From assembly GCA_018920315.1 (NCBI GenBank), contig JAHLMP010000002.1, forward strand, positions 48,075 to 112,074: 64,000 bases of DNA. Direction: 5' to 3'. Shown here in pieces: positions 28,833-37,237 of the stretch. The position numbers and the translations under genes are program-made. This DNA is from Candidatus Aenigmatarchaeota archaeon (GTDB taxonomy: Archaea; Aenigmatarchaeota; Aenigmatarchaeia; GW2011-AR5; JAHLMP01). Numbering within the stretch: position 1 is the first letter of the stretch; every line of letters begins with the position of its first letter. A model generated the notes under the pieces. That model was not told the DNA's origin. It saw only the letters and a list, made by a program, of their open reading frames with translations, and did not search any database.

Positions 28833-30308
28833 TTACTCTTCCTTCTCTCTCAGTTGAGGAAATGCTATAACATCGCGAATTGTTCTAGAGTTTGTAAATA
28901 TCATTACTAAGCGATCTATTCCAATACCTATGCCGCAAGTAGGTGGCATTCCATGCTCTATTGCGAGCAAGAAATCCTCGTCAAGAGGATGCTCTTCAGT
29001 GCCACGCTTTAGTTGATGAATCAAATTATCACGAAGCATTATTGGATCATTAATCTCAGTATAGTTGTTTCCTATCTCCATGCCGCAAACAAATACTTCA
29101 AATCTTTCAGTATAGTTAGGATTATCTCTGCAAACTTTTGCTAATGGAGAAACCTCTTTTGGATAATTGTAAATTATTATAGGACCAGTGAGTTTTTCTT
29201 GTACAATCTCCTCGAAGATAATATTAATCATTTCTCCTTTTGTTACATTTTCAGGAATTTCTATATTATGTCTTAGCTTTCTTACCTTTTCTATTAACTC
29301 TTCAATACTATTTTTCTCAACATCTATTCCAATATATTCCTTTATCGCTTCTACCATTGTCATTCTTTTCCAAGGTGTTGAAAAATCTAATTCTATCCCA
29401 AGATAATTTATCTTTGTAGTTTCTAAAACCTTTTTAGCAGCATAAGCTACGAGTTCTTCAAAAAGTTTCATACCATCAAAATAATCAGCATAAGCAATCA
29501 TTGCTTCTAATTGTAAGAACTCTGGATTGTGATTTCTATCTATGCCTTCGTTTCTAAAGTCAACTGAAAATTCAAAAACCTTTTCAAAGCCACCTGCTAT
29601 AAGCCTCTTAAGATACATCTCGTTAGAAATTCTTAAGTACATTTCCATTCCTAACTCATGATGATAGGTTTTAAATGGCCTTGCAAAAGCACCTCCATAA
29701 ATTGGTTGTAATATAGGAGTCTCTACTTCTATATATCCTTTATTAATCAAAAATTCTCTAATCGCGTTTATAATTTTTGATCTTTTTATTAATGTTTCTT
29801 TTACTTCAGGATTCATCAACATATCTAAATATCTTCTTCTATATCTTGCTTCTATATCTTTTAGTCCAAACCATTCCTTTGGAAGCCCTCTAAGAGATTT
29901 TGTTAGAATTTCAAACTTATTTACCCAAACGCTTAACTCGCCTCTCTTTGTTTTAAAGACAAATCCTTCTGCTCCTATTATATCAGCGACATCAACATAT
30001 TTGTAAAATATCGAAAAACTTTCTTTTCCAAGTGTTGCCTCATCTAAAAATAGTTGAATTCTTCCTGTGAAGTCTTCTAAATCTGCAAATATTGCTTTTC
30101 CATGCTCCCTAATACTTCTTATTCTGCCAGCAATTTTTACTTTTACTTCTTCTAACTTTTCTTCAGGATAGATATTACCATACTTTTCTATTATTTCCTT
30201 TATTGCATGCGTTCTATCAAAGTGATAAGCATATGGGTTTATTCCTAGTTTTCTAAGTTCTTCAACCTTTTTTAATCTTTCCTCATATTCCTTTGTCATC
30301 TTACTCAC
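28833..30308 (-). CDS. lysS: Lysine--tRNA ligase, class II
   Basis: N-terminal OB-fold, RYRRRYLD, GGA.ARPF, FRNEG...HNPEF, GMPP..G.GIGIDRL. Confidence 0.97.
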   Translation of the reverse strand: MSKMTKEYEERLKKVEELRKLGINPYAYHFDRTHAIKEIIEKYGNIYPEEKLEEVKVKIAGRIRSIREHGKAIFADLEDFTGRIQLFLDEATLGKESFSIFYKYVDVADIIGAEGFVFKTKRGELSVWVNKFEILTKSLRGLPKEWFGLKDIEARYRRRYLDMLMNPEVKETLIKRSKIINAIREFLINKGYIEVETPILQPIYGGAFARPFKTYHHELGMEMYLRISNEMYLKRLIAGGFEKVFEFSVDFRNEGIDRNHNPEFLQLEAMIAYADYFDGMKLFEELVAYAAKKVLETTKINYLGIELDFSTPWKRMTMVEAIKEYIGIDVEKNSIEELIEKVRKLRHNIEIPENVTKGEMINIIFEEIVQEKLTGPIIIYNYPKEVSPLAKVCRDNPNYTERFEVFVCGMEIGNNYTEINDPIMLRDNLIHQLKRGTEEHPLDEDFLLAIEHGMPPTCGIGIGIDRLVMIFTNSRTIRDVIAFPQLREKEE

Positions 30309-30466
30309 TTTAAATTTGAAATTTCACTTCAAATTCTGTTAATAATTTCTTTGTAAATCTTCAAAAATAATTTATCACATTGATTATAAATTTTTAAATC
30401 TAAGAAAAACCATTCTAAATCTAAGAATTGGCGAAAAAATTAATAAGATGGTACAATACTATAATA

Positions 30467-31126
30467 ATGGAAAAAATAACATTATCATTTATTCTAATAA
30501 TTTTACTCTCCTTTCTTTTTAGCATTTACTTTTATCCAAAAATTCCAGAAAGAATGGCTACACATTGGAATGCTAAAGGAGAGGTAGATAGCTATCTTCC
30601 AAAGGCTATTGGAATTTTTATAATTCCATTCTCTTTGATTCCTATTTTTATTATTTTTTACTTGATTCCGAAAATAGACCCTTTAAAGAAAAATATAGAA
30701 TGTTTTAGAAAATATTATGATATTTTCGCTATTTTGTTTTTCCTATTCATGTTGTCATTTCATATTTGGATTATTTTATGGAATGTTGGTATTACTATAA
30801 ATCCACAAGTATTTTTACCAATAGCATTTTCATTCCTCTTTTTTTACTTATCAATTCTTCTTGAAAATGCTAAAAGAAATTGGTTTGTAGGAATAAGAAC
30901 TCCGTGGACATTAAGTAGCGAAAAGGTTTGGAAAAATACGCACAAGCTTGGAGGAAAATTGTTTAGAATTGTTGCAATTTTATCTTTTATTGGAATTTTT
31001 TTCGGAAAATATTCTTGGTTTTTTATCTTAGTTCCAGTAATTCTAATTTCAATCTATTTAATTTTATATTCCTATTTTGAATACGAAAGAGAAATTAGAG
31101 CCAAGAAAAAATTTAGCAAGAACTAA
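30467..31126 (+). CDS. SdpI/DUF1648 membrane protein
   Basis: THWNAKGEVD, NWFVGIRTPWTLSSE.VW..TH. Confidence 0.9.
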   Translation: MEKITLSFILIILLSFLFSIYFYPKIPERMATHWNAKGEVDSYLPKAIGIFIIPFSLIPIFIIFYLIPKIDPLKKNIECFRKYYDIFAILFFLFMLSFHIWIILWNVGITINPQVFLPIAFSFLFFYLSILLENAKRNWFVGIRTPWTLSSEKVWKNTHKLGGKLFRIVAILSFIGIFFGKYSWFFILVPVILISIYLILYSYFEYEREIRAKKKFSKN

Positions 31127-31218
31127 GAAAATGTAACTAAACACATAAAATTTTTTATTTCTTATTTTATAATTATTATCTATCATAAACCAAAATTAAA
31201 CAAGAATAAAAATTAAAT

Positions 31219-31355
31219 CCCGCCTTAGCTCAATGGTAGTGCGAAGCTATTAAAGAGCAGTCGGCTGTAGATTTTTTATTAGAAACCGACGTGTTGCCGG
31301 TTCGAGTCTTTTCGTTAAATTTTGAAAATCAAGAGCGAAATTCCGGCAGGCGGGA
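31219..31355 (+). tRNA. tRNA-Tyr(GTA) with three introns: D-loop 20/21 (31238-31253), anticodon 37/38 (31271-31284), T-loop 59/60 (31307-31341)
   Basis: Acceptor CCCGCCT/AGGCGGG+A (C1-G72, A73 archaeal Tyr identity), D stem GCTC/GAGC, anticodon stem GTCGG/CCGAC, T stem GCCGG/CCGGC; removing the introns gives a 72-nt cloverleaf. Confidence 0.92.
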
Positions 31356-31493
31356 TTTATTTTTATAAAATCAATTTTGTGAAAATCCACAAATATAATT
31401 TATTTACAAAATTAAGAAAATGAATAAGATCTAGAAGAATAACAAGTTTGCAAATTAAGAATTTTTACTCTCGAATCTATAACAATTTAGATA

Positions 31494-32108
31494 CTAACCC
31501 TTCTTCTTTTCATGAATTCTTGCAACGTTCATAGAAACAGTTACTGGAATAGGAATAACAGCATCTAAAAGCTCGATAACAAGCTCTTGTTTAGCTTCAT
31601 CAACTCTTGTAACCTTTGCTTTCTCTCCTTTAAAAGGTCCGGATATAATTTCTACTATATCTCCTTCTTCAATCTTTATAACTTCCTTTTCTGGTATCAA
31701 GAATCTTTCTATTTCTTTAATATTAACCTCTTTCTTAATGACACCCTTCACATGTGGAATGTTTTTTATTGTTTCTTGAACGTCATCAAGCTCGCCTTCT
31801 ATAAATATATATCCTTTCATATCTTCTGTGTGAAGTATTGCTTTTATTGGAAGATTTCTTTTTTCTACGAGCTTTATATTCTCTAAACTTACGAGAATGC
31901 TTTCGCTATTAGAAAGTTCGACCTCGGCCTTTTCATTTACTTTATCAATATTTTTTACTAAACCACGCGCCCCCTTTTGTTCACCTTCGATAATTTCTAC
32001 TATATCTCCTTTAGAAGGTTTTTTCATAATTACAGATTTAATCCTGGCAACTATTGACGTTATTATGACTTTTTCTCTTCCGCTTGTTGTTCTTATTGCA
32101 TATAACAT
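31494..32108 (-). CDS. spt5: Transcription elongation factor Spt5 with an extra KOW domain inserted in the NGN domain
   Basis: YAIRTTSGRE, KGYIFIE, PHVKG, GDIVEIISGPFKGEKA; downstream of secE. Confidence 0.95.
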   Translation of the reverse strand: MLYAIRTTSGREKVIITSIVARIKSVIMKKPSKGDIVEIIEGEQKGARGLVKNIDKVNEKAEVELSNSESILVSLENIKLVEKRNLPIKAILHTEDMKGYIFIEGELDDVQETIKNIPHVKGVIKKEVNIKEIERFLIPEKEVIKIEEGDIVEIISGPFKGEKAKVTRVDEAKQELVIELLDAVIPIPVTVSMNVARIHEKKKG

Positions 32109-32124
32109 TCAAACCCCCTATAGA

Positions 32125-32325
32125 TTAGAGTCTAAAAACTAAAATTTGAAATACCAAAAATATTATAAAGCCTATCAAGCCAAGTATGACAATTCCAATT
32201 CCAGTAATCTTCACCGCTTGCCTAAACTCTTCTTTATTAGGCTTACTCGCCACTAAAAGTACACGTTTACATTGCAAGATAAATGATTTAATACGATCTT
32301 TAATATTTGCTAAAATAAGTATCAC
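32125..32325 (-). CDS. secE: Protein translocase subunit SecE/Sec61-gamma
   Basis: RVL.VASKP..EEF...KITGIGI..LG.IGFII. Confidence 0.93.
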   Translation of the reverse strand: MILILANIKDRIKSFILQCKRVLLVASKPNKEEFRQAVKITGIGIVILGLIGFIIFLVFQILVFRL

Positions 32326-32449
32326 CGATTAGATATTTTTATCAATTAAATTTATCAATTAAAAAGAAAGTTTAAATTTGTTTTATTTGGAACGAGTTTA
32401 TAAATTATATTTAAAAAATAATAAAAGATTTAATTTTTTTAGTTAATTT

Positions 32450-33526
32450 ATGAGAGAAGTTAAGAAAATATTATACACATACTCAAGACCTTCACCATTT
32501 GTTGGGTTGAAAGGAAAGGAAAATGCAAAGATAAGCACTAGAAGCTATTATCAGGCAAAACGAGAGTTATTTCCTAGCTTGGATGTTTGCTTTATAAATA
32601 GATTTGAAGATATTTGCAATGAAGAGATTGAAAAAAGAAAAAGATTTCCACCTTCTGGAAGAGAACTTGTAAGGAAAATTTCTTTACCAGCTGGGATGGA
32701 AATAAAATTTTTTGTTCAGCCACAAGTAAGATGCTCTTATGAGTCTGTTTTAAACAGTTTAGAAGAAACGTTAACAGATCTTATGAATGATGCACTTGAT
32801 GGCTATTTTCCCGAATATATAAAGATATACAGTGGAGAACCCTATATTGCTCTCGATGTTCTATTATTTAGAATTGCAAAAAGAAAAATTGAAAAGTATA
32901 GTAGAGAAGAAATTTCTAAAATAATTAAAATAGAGCCAGAAGATAAACTATTCTCTGATACTAATAATAAAAAGAAAAAGAGATTAATTTTGCCATATGA
33001 ATTTACTACAGAGGGAAAAGAGAAAATAAATTTGGAATTTTTAGATGATGAAACATTTAGAAAAGCAATAGAAAACGAAGATTATAATGAAGAGCTTCAG
33101 CTGTCTGGTATAGAATATTTGAGAGCAACAGAATTTAAAGGTTCTGTAGAGCTTGCAACTTGCATACCATTTGAAGAAGAAGTTAAAAGGGTTTCGAAAG
33201 AAAGAAAAACATCTTGGATAGAGATAGAAGATTTGTTATTTTATGTTCCTCGAATTATAAGAGAAGTTACAAAATATGGAGAGATATACAAGAAACTTTT
33301 CTCCACAGACAAAAAATCGCCCGGAGAGTTTTATATTCTAATGATGGATGAAAAAGAATACGAAGACATCAAAAAAGGATTTGAAGATAGAATAAAGAAA
33401 AGAGCTGGAAGTATCTACATACCAATAGAAGTTGTAATAAATAAAATTAAAGAATATAGAGAAAGTGATGAATTTAAAACAAGAGTGGAGCAATATAGAG
33501 AAATAATACCGACTATGATATTTTAA
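32450..33526 (+). CDS. Hypothetical protein with apparent internal two-fold repeat
   Basis: 358-aa ORF, no family recognised. Confidence 0.7.
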   Translation: MREVKKILYTYSRPSPFVGLKGKENAKISTRSYYQAKRELFPSLDVCFINRFEDICNEEIEKRKRFPPSGRELVRKISLPAGMEIKFFVQPQVRCSYESVLNSLEETLTDLMNDALDGYFPEYIKIYSGEPYIALDVLLFRIAKRKIEKYSREEISKIIKIEPEDKLFSDTNNKKKKRLILPYEFTTEGKEKINLEFLDDETFRKAIENEDYNEELQLSGIEYLRATEFKGSVELATCIPFEEEVKRVSKERKTSWIEIEDLLFYVPRIIREVTKYGEIYKKLFSTDKKSPGEFYILMMDEKEYEDIKKGFEDRIKKRAGSIYIPIEVVINKIKEYRESDEFKTRVEQYREIIPTMIF

Positions 33527-33531
33527 GCTAA

Positions 33532-34587
33532 ATGAAAGTGAAAAAAATGATGGTAGGAAATAAATGGTATCAAAGCGTTTGGTTTTCTAATAATGAGGTT
33601 TGTCTAATAGATCAAACAAAGCTCCCTTTCAAATTTGAGATTTTTAAGGCAAGAAATTATGTTGATGTAGTAAAAGCAATAAAAACTATGATAGTCAGAG
33701 GAGCGTCAGCAATAGGAGTTACAGCTGCATATGGAATAGCACAAGCTTTTATTCAAGGAAATTTAGAAGAAGCTAAAGAAAAAATAGCAAATGCAAGGCC
33801 AACAGCAAGAGATCTAAGGCATGCTGTAGAGCATATGATAAATTTTATTCAAAAAAGAATAGAAGAAAATGGAAAAGTTACTAAAGAAGAGGTTATTAAA
33901 GAGGCCGAGAGTTTTGCGAATACTACTGTAGAGAATTGCAAAAGAATAGGGAAGTTTGGCAAGAGGTTAATAAAGGATAATACAAAAATTATGACCCATT
34001 GCAATGCAGGTTGGCTTGCCTCAGTAGATTGGGGAACTGTAACCTCTTCTATCTATATGGCAAAAAGAGAAGGAAAGGATGTATTTGTCTATGTTAGCGA
34101 GACAAGACCAAGATTGCAAGGGGCAAGATTAACAGCATGGGAGCTTTATAATGAAAATATAAAGCATGCGATAATTTGTGATAATGCAAGCGCATACTTT
34201 ATGCATGATGTTGACATCATTATTGTTGGTGCGGATAGAATAGCAAGAAATGGTGATATAGCTAATAAGATAGGAACTCTTGATAAAGCAATATTAGCAA
34301 AGGAGTATGGAGTACCATTTTATGTAGCAAGTTCTACAAATAGTTTTGATTTTAATTGTAGAACAGGAAAGGAAATTCCTATTGAGCAAAGAAGCGAGGA
34401 AGAAGTAAAGTTTATAGATAAAAAGCTGATAGCAAATAAAGATTCGAAAGCTTTAAATCCTGCTTTTGATGTTACTCCAAGAAAATATATAAAAGGCATT
34501 ATTACAGAGTTTGGAATAGTCAAGCCAAGCGAGATGAAAGATTTGGTAAGAAGGGTTAGAAAAATGAAAAAGAAATTAGAAAGATAA
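33532..34587 (+). CDS. mtnA: S-methyl-5-thioribose-1-phosphate isomerase (eIF-2B alpha-like family)
   Basis: IDQT.LP, MIVRGA.AIG, THCNAG.LA, ETRPRLQGARLTAWEL, NPAFDVTP. Confidence 0.9.
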   Translation: MKVKKMMVGNKWYQSVWFSNNEVCLIDQTKLPFKFEIFKARNYVDVVKAIKTMIVRGASAIGVTAAYGIAQAFIQGNLEEAKEKIANARPTARDLRHAVEHMINFIQKRIEENGKVTKEEVIKEAESFANTTVENCKRIGKFGKRLIKDNTKIMTHCNAGWLASVDWGTVTSSIYMAKREGKDVFVYVSETRPRLQGARLTAWELYNENIKHAIICDNASAYFMHDVDIIIVGADRIARNGDIANKIGTLDKAILAKEYGVPFYVASSTNSFDFNCRTGKEIPIEQRSEEEVKFIDKKLIANKDSKALNPAFDVTPRKYIKGIITEFGIVKPSEMKDLVRRVRKMKKKLER

Positions 34588-34652
34588 GTGAGAAAAGATC
34601 GGAGTAAAAAGATGAAGAAGAAATTAGAAGATGAGCGAGAAAAAGATCTGGA
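34564..34652. repeat. Degenerate tandem duplication (period about 48 bp) of the mtnA 3' end
   Basis: ATGAAAAAGAAATTAGAAAGATAAGTGAGAAAAGATCGGA vs ATGAAGAAGAAATTAGAAGATGAGCGAGAAAAAGATCTGGA. Confidence 0.75.
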
Positions 34653-34762
34653 TTATAAGTAATAATTTGATTAATATCCATAAGTAATTATACTGAAATT
34701 ATAAGAATTTGAAAATAAATATGAAATAGACAATTTTGGCGATAATTTATACTGGTGATCTT

Positions 34763-34864
34763 ATGCAAGATTTTGAAGAAAAAATGGAATATTTTGAATC
34801 TAAAAGAAAAAAGAAGTATAGGAGAATTTACAAAAAAGGAAGAGAGATTTTGAAAAAGAAGTAA
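34763..34864 (+). CDS. Putative 33-aa basic small protein
   Basis: GGTGAT SD 3 nt before ATG; MQDFEEKMEYFESKRKKKYRRIYKKGREILKKK; below ORF-track length cutoff. Confidence 0.35.
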   Translation: MQDFEEKMEYFESKRKKKYRRIYKKGREILKKK

Positions 34865-34930
34865 GAAATAGCAAAATATCTAAATCGATTAGCGTATGGT
34901 GATCTAATTTATCTAATGCAGAGATAAGCA

Positions 34931-35317
34931 TTACTTAGATTTCCAAAGTCCGTGAAGATTACAATATTCTCTTGCCTCTATTTTATTTCCTTTTACACAG
35001 AATTCTGCTTCTGGCTTTTCTCCTGGTATAAGAAACTTTTTGTAAGAAGCGTCATCTACTATCAATTCGATCCACTCTATATAATGTTTTTCTTCCATAG
35101 GATGCGGTACTGAACCTACTTTAACTTTTATAGAATCTTTTAAAATTTCAATTACTGGAACATGTTTCTCTTTTCCGGTATCTTCTGTTTTTTCAATTAG
35201 CTTTTCCATTGGCACGCCACAACAAACTAGAACTCCTGAACCTTCATGCAAAACTTCTACGATATTTCCGCATATATTGCATTTATAAATTTCAAATCTT
35301 TTAGTCATGCAATCCAT
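34931..35317 (-). CDS. dfx: Desulfoferrodoxin (2Fe superoxide reductase)
   Basis: [35 protein letters not shown]. Confidence 0.95.
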   Translation of the reverse strand: MDCMTKRFEIYKCNICGNIVEVLHEGSGVLVCCGVPMEKLIEKTEDTGKEKHVPVIEILKDSIKVKVGSVPHPMEEKHYIEWIELIVDDASYKKFLIPGEKPEAEFCVKGNKIEAREYCNLHGLWKSK

Positions 35318-35408
35318 TCCAACGAAACGATATTAATTAAATTTAACATTCCAAATCTATAAATTAATTATTTAAACCAATTATCTCGCGATTATTAAAT
35401 AAACTAGA

Positions 35409-35436
35409 AAATCATCAACCTTAAATCATCAACCTT
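35409..35436. repeat. Perfect 2 x 14 bp tandem AAATCATCAACCTT
   Basis: Read directly in the divergent intergenic region. Confidence 0.9.
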
Positions 35437-35500
35437 GTGTCTATACTAATTAAGTTACATTTTTATATATCAAAAAATAAAATATATTTTAGTGATTTAG

Positions 35501-35863
35501 ATGCAACTAAAAAGTTTAAAAGGTATTAGCTTACCAGTAAACCTAATAGTGATTCTAGCAGTAGCAATAATAGTTTTGCTAATAGCAGTGACTTTTCTAA
35601 TTCCATTTGTTTTTGGTCCAGGAATATATATTAGAGATGATGAAGCATGGAGAAGAGGTTGTATGATATGGCAGCAAAGAGGATGTAGAGCAGAAGATAT
35701 TGAAAATATAATAATAGAAAATTACGATCCTGACGGCGATAATAAATTTGATAATTTGCTAGTTGCGTGCAGAAGAGCTCTCAGGTATACAAATCCAGAA
35801 GACTGTAGAAGAGCATGCTGCATAATTCCTGAGGGAAAAACACAAGAACAACAACAAACATAA
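35501..35863 (+). CDS. Class III signal peptide (pilin-like) protein, Cys-rich
   Basis: KG|ISLPVNLIVILAVAIIVLLI cleavage motif; six Cys in the globular part. Confidence 0.75.
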   Translation: MQLKSLKGISLPVNLIVILAVAIIVLLIAVTFLIPFVFGPGIYIRDDEAWRRGCMIWQQRGCRAEDIENIIIENYDPDGDNKFDNLLVACRRALRYTNPEDCRRACCIIPEGKTQEQQQT

Positions 35864-36017
35864 AGAACCTTAGAGGGTTAAAGATCGAAAATAATGTAAT
35901 AGCTTGACAATTAAGCTTGGATGACTAGCAATTTAATAAATTTAAGGAATAATTAAGTGTTTTGCGTTTTTAAGTTAAACTTTTTTATATTTTCATGCAT
36001 TAATAATTTTTTACAAA

Positions 36018-37208
36018 TTACAATTTTTCCCAAATTAATATATATTCTTTTATTATTCCTTTCTTTTTTCTTTCTGGAGTCGTGAATATTCTTTTATTTA
36101 CTACAAGGGTTTTTTTGATTTCGTAACCAATATAACTGGCAATAGAATTTAACAAATTACTTGCATTTATTACAACCTCTTCTTCTACAAAAACACCATC
36201 ACCAATTACAATCGATATTTTAGCATTTTCCTTAGCTACTCTATACATCTCTTTTATCGCAAGATATATATCGTTTGCATAAGCTATGGCTTGTGGTAGT
36301 TTTTCTATCTTTTCTTTCATCTCGTTGTTAATAGCTTTTTCCGCATCTTCCAAAAGTTTTATTTCTGGTTTTACTCTTTGACCTATAAAGGATCTTATTG
36401 AGCTTATACCCTTTTTCATCTCCTCTTTTAAAAATAGCTCTTGCTCTATTGCATATACTTTTGTATATTCTATTTTGTTAAGATATGGAGGTGATGTTAT
36501 TATTGCATCTATGCAAGAATCTTCTATATTTAATCTTCTTGCATCTCCATAATCTACAATTATTTCGCAAGGCATTTTTTCAAATGATTTTAAGTCTTTA
36601 AACATTCTATATATCTGTCTTCTAAATATATCCCTTAAAGGTGCTATTTCCTTTTTTCTTACCTTTAAACTTCCACCATCTTTATAAATATAGCTGCATT
36701 TTATGCTAGCATTAATTAATGCAAGAAGAAAGAATTCCCTTGTACTCAAATCTTCTATTTTCATGATTTCATTTTTGAAGAATATAGCATCTTCTAAGGT
36801 ATATATTGAAAAGAATTTGAGTAATTCCTTAGGGATGGGCAATCTTTTAAACTTAGCTTTTAATAGCTGTTTCGCATGCAATTTTAATTTTTCAATATCG
36901 TAATCTCTTGTTTTTACCCTACTTGCAAAAACAGCTATTGGCAAAACATCAAAACCTATGCTATCTATGCCTTTCTCTTTGCATGCAAGAAGAGTAGTTC
37001 CACAACCGCAGAAAGGATCTAAAACCAAGTTGCCTTGCTTTATATTGAATTTCTCAAGCATCATAAAAACAAAATCTCGAGAAAATCCTTCCTTAAAATA
37101 AAGCCAATTGTATATTGGCAATTTTTTATTTGGCACAAAGGTTACAAGCTTTCCTAACTCTAAAGCCTCTTTTTCATCTCCTTCCATGAATTTATTTTCT
37201 AAAAACAA
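36018..37208 (-). CDS. Orphan amino-DNA methyltransferase (N4-C/N6-A, motif I before IV)
   Basis: DPFCGCGTT (motif I), ITSPPY (motif IV); probable start at 37187. Confidence 0.85.
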   Translation of the reverse strand: MFLENKFMEGDEKEALELGKLVTFVPNKKLPIYNWLYFKEGFSRDFVFMMLEKFNIKQGNLVLDPFCGCGTTLLACKEKGIDSIGFDVLPIAVFASRVKTRDYDIEKLKLHAKQLLKAKFKRLPIPKELLKFFSIYTLEDAIFFKNEIMKIEDLSTREFFLLALINASIKCSYIYKDGGSLKVRKKEIAPLRDIFRRQIYRMFKDLKSFEKMPCEIIVDYGDARRLNIEDSCIDAIITSPPYLNKIEYTKVYAIEQELFLKEEMKKGISSIRSFIGQRVKPEIKLLEDAEKAINNEMKEKIEKLPQAIAYANDIYLAIKEMYRVAKENAKISIVIGDGVFVEEEVVINASNLLNSIASYIGYEIKKTLVVNKRIFTTPERKKKGIIKEYILIWEKL

Positions 37209-37237
37209 ATTAAATAACTATTTTTAAGATCATAATT

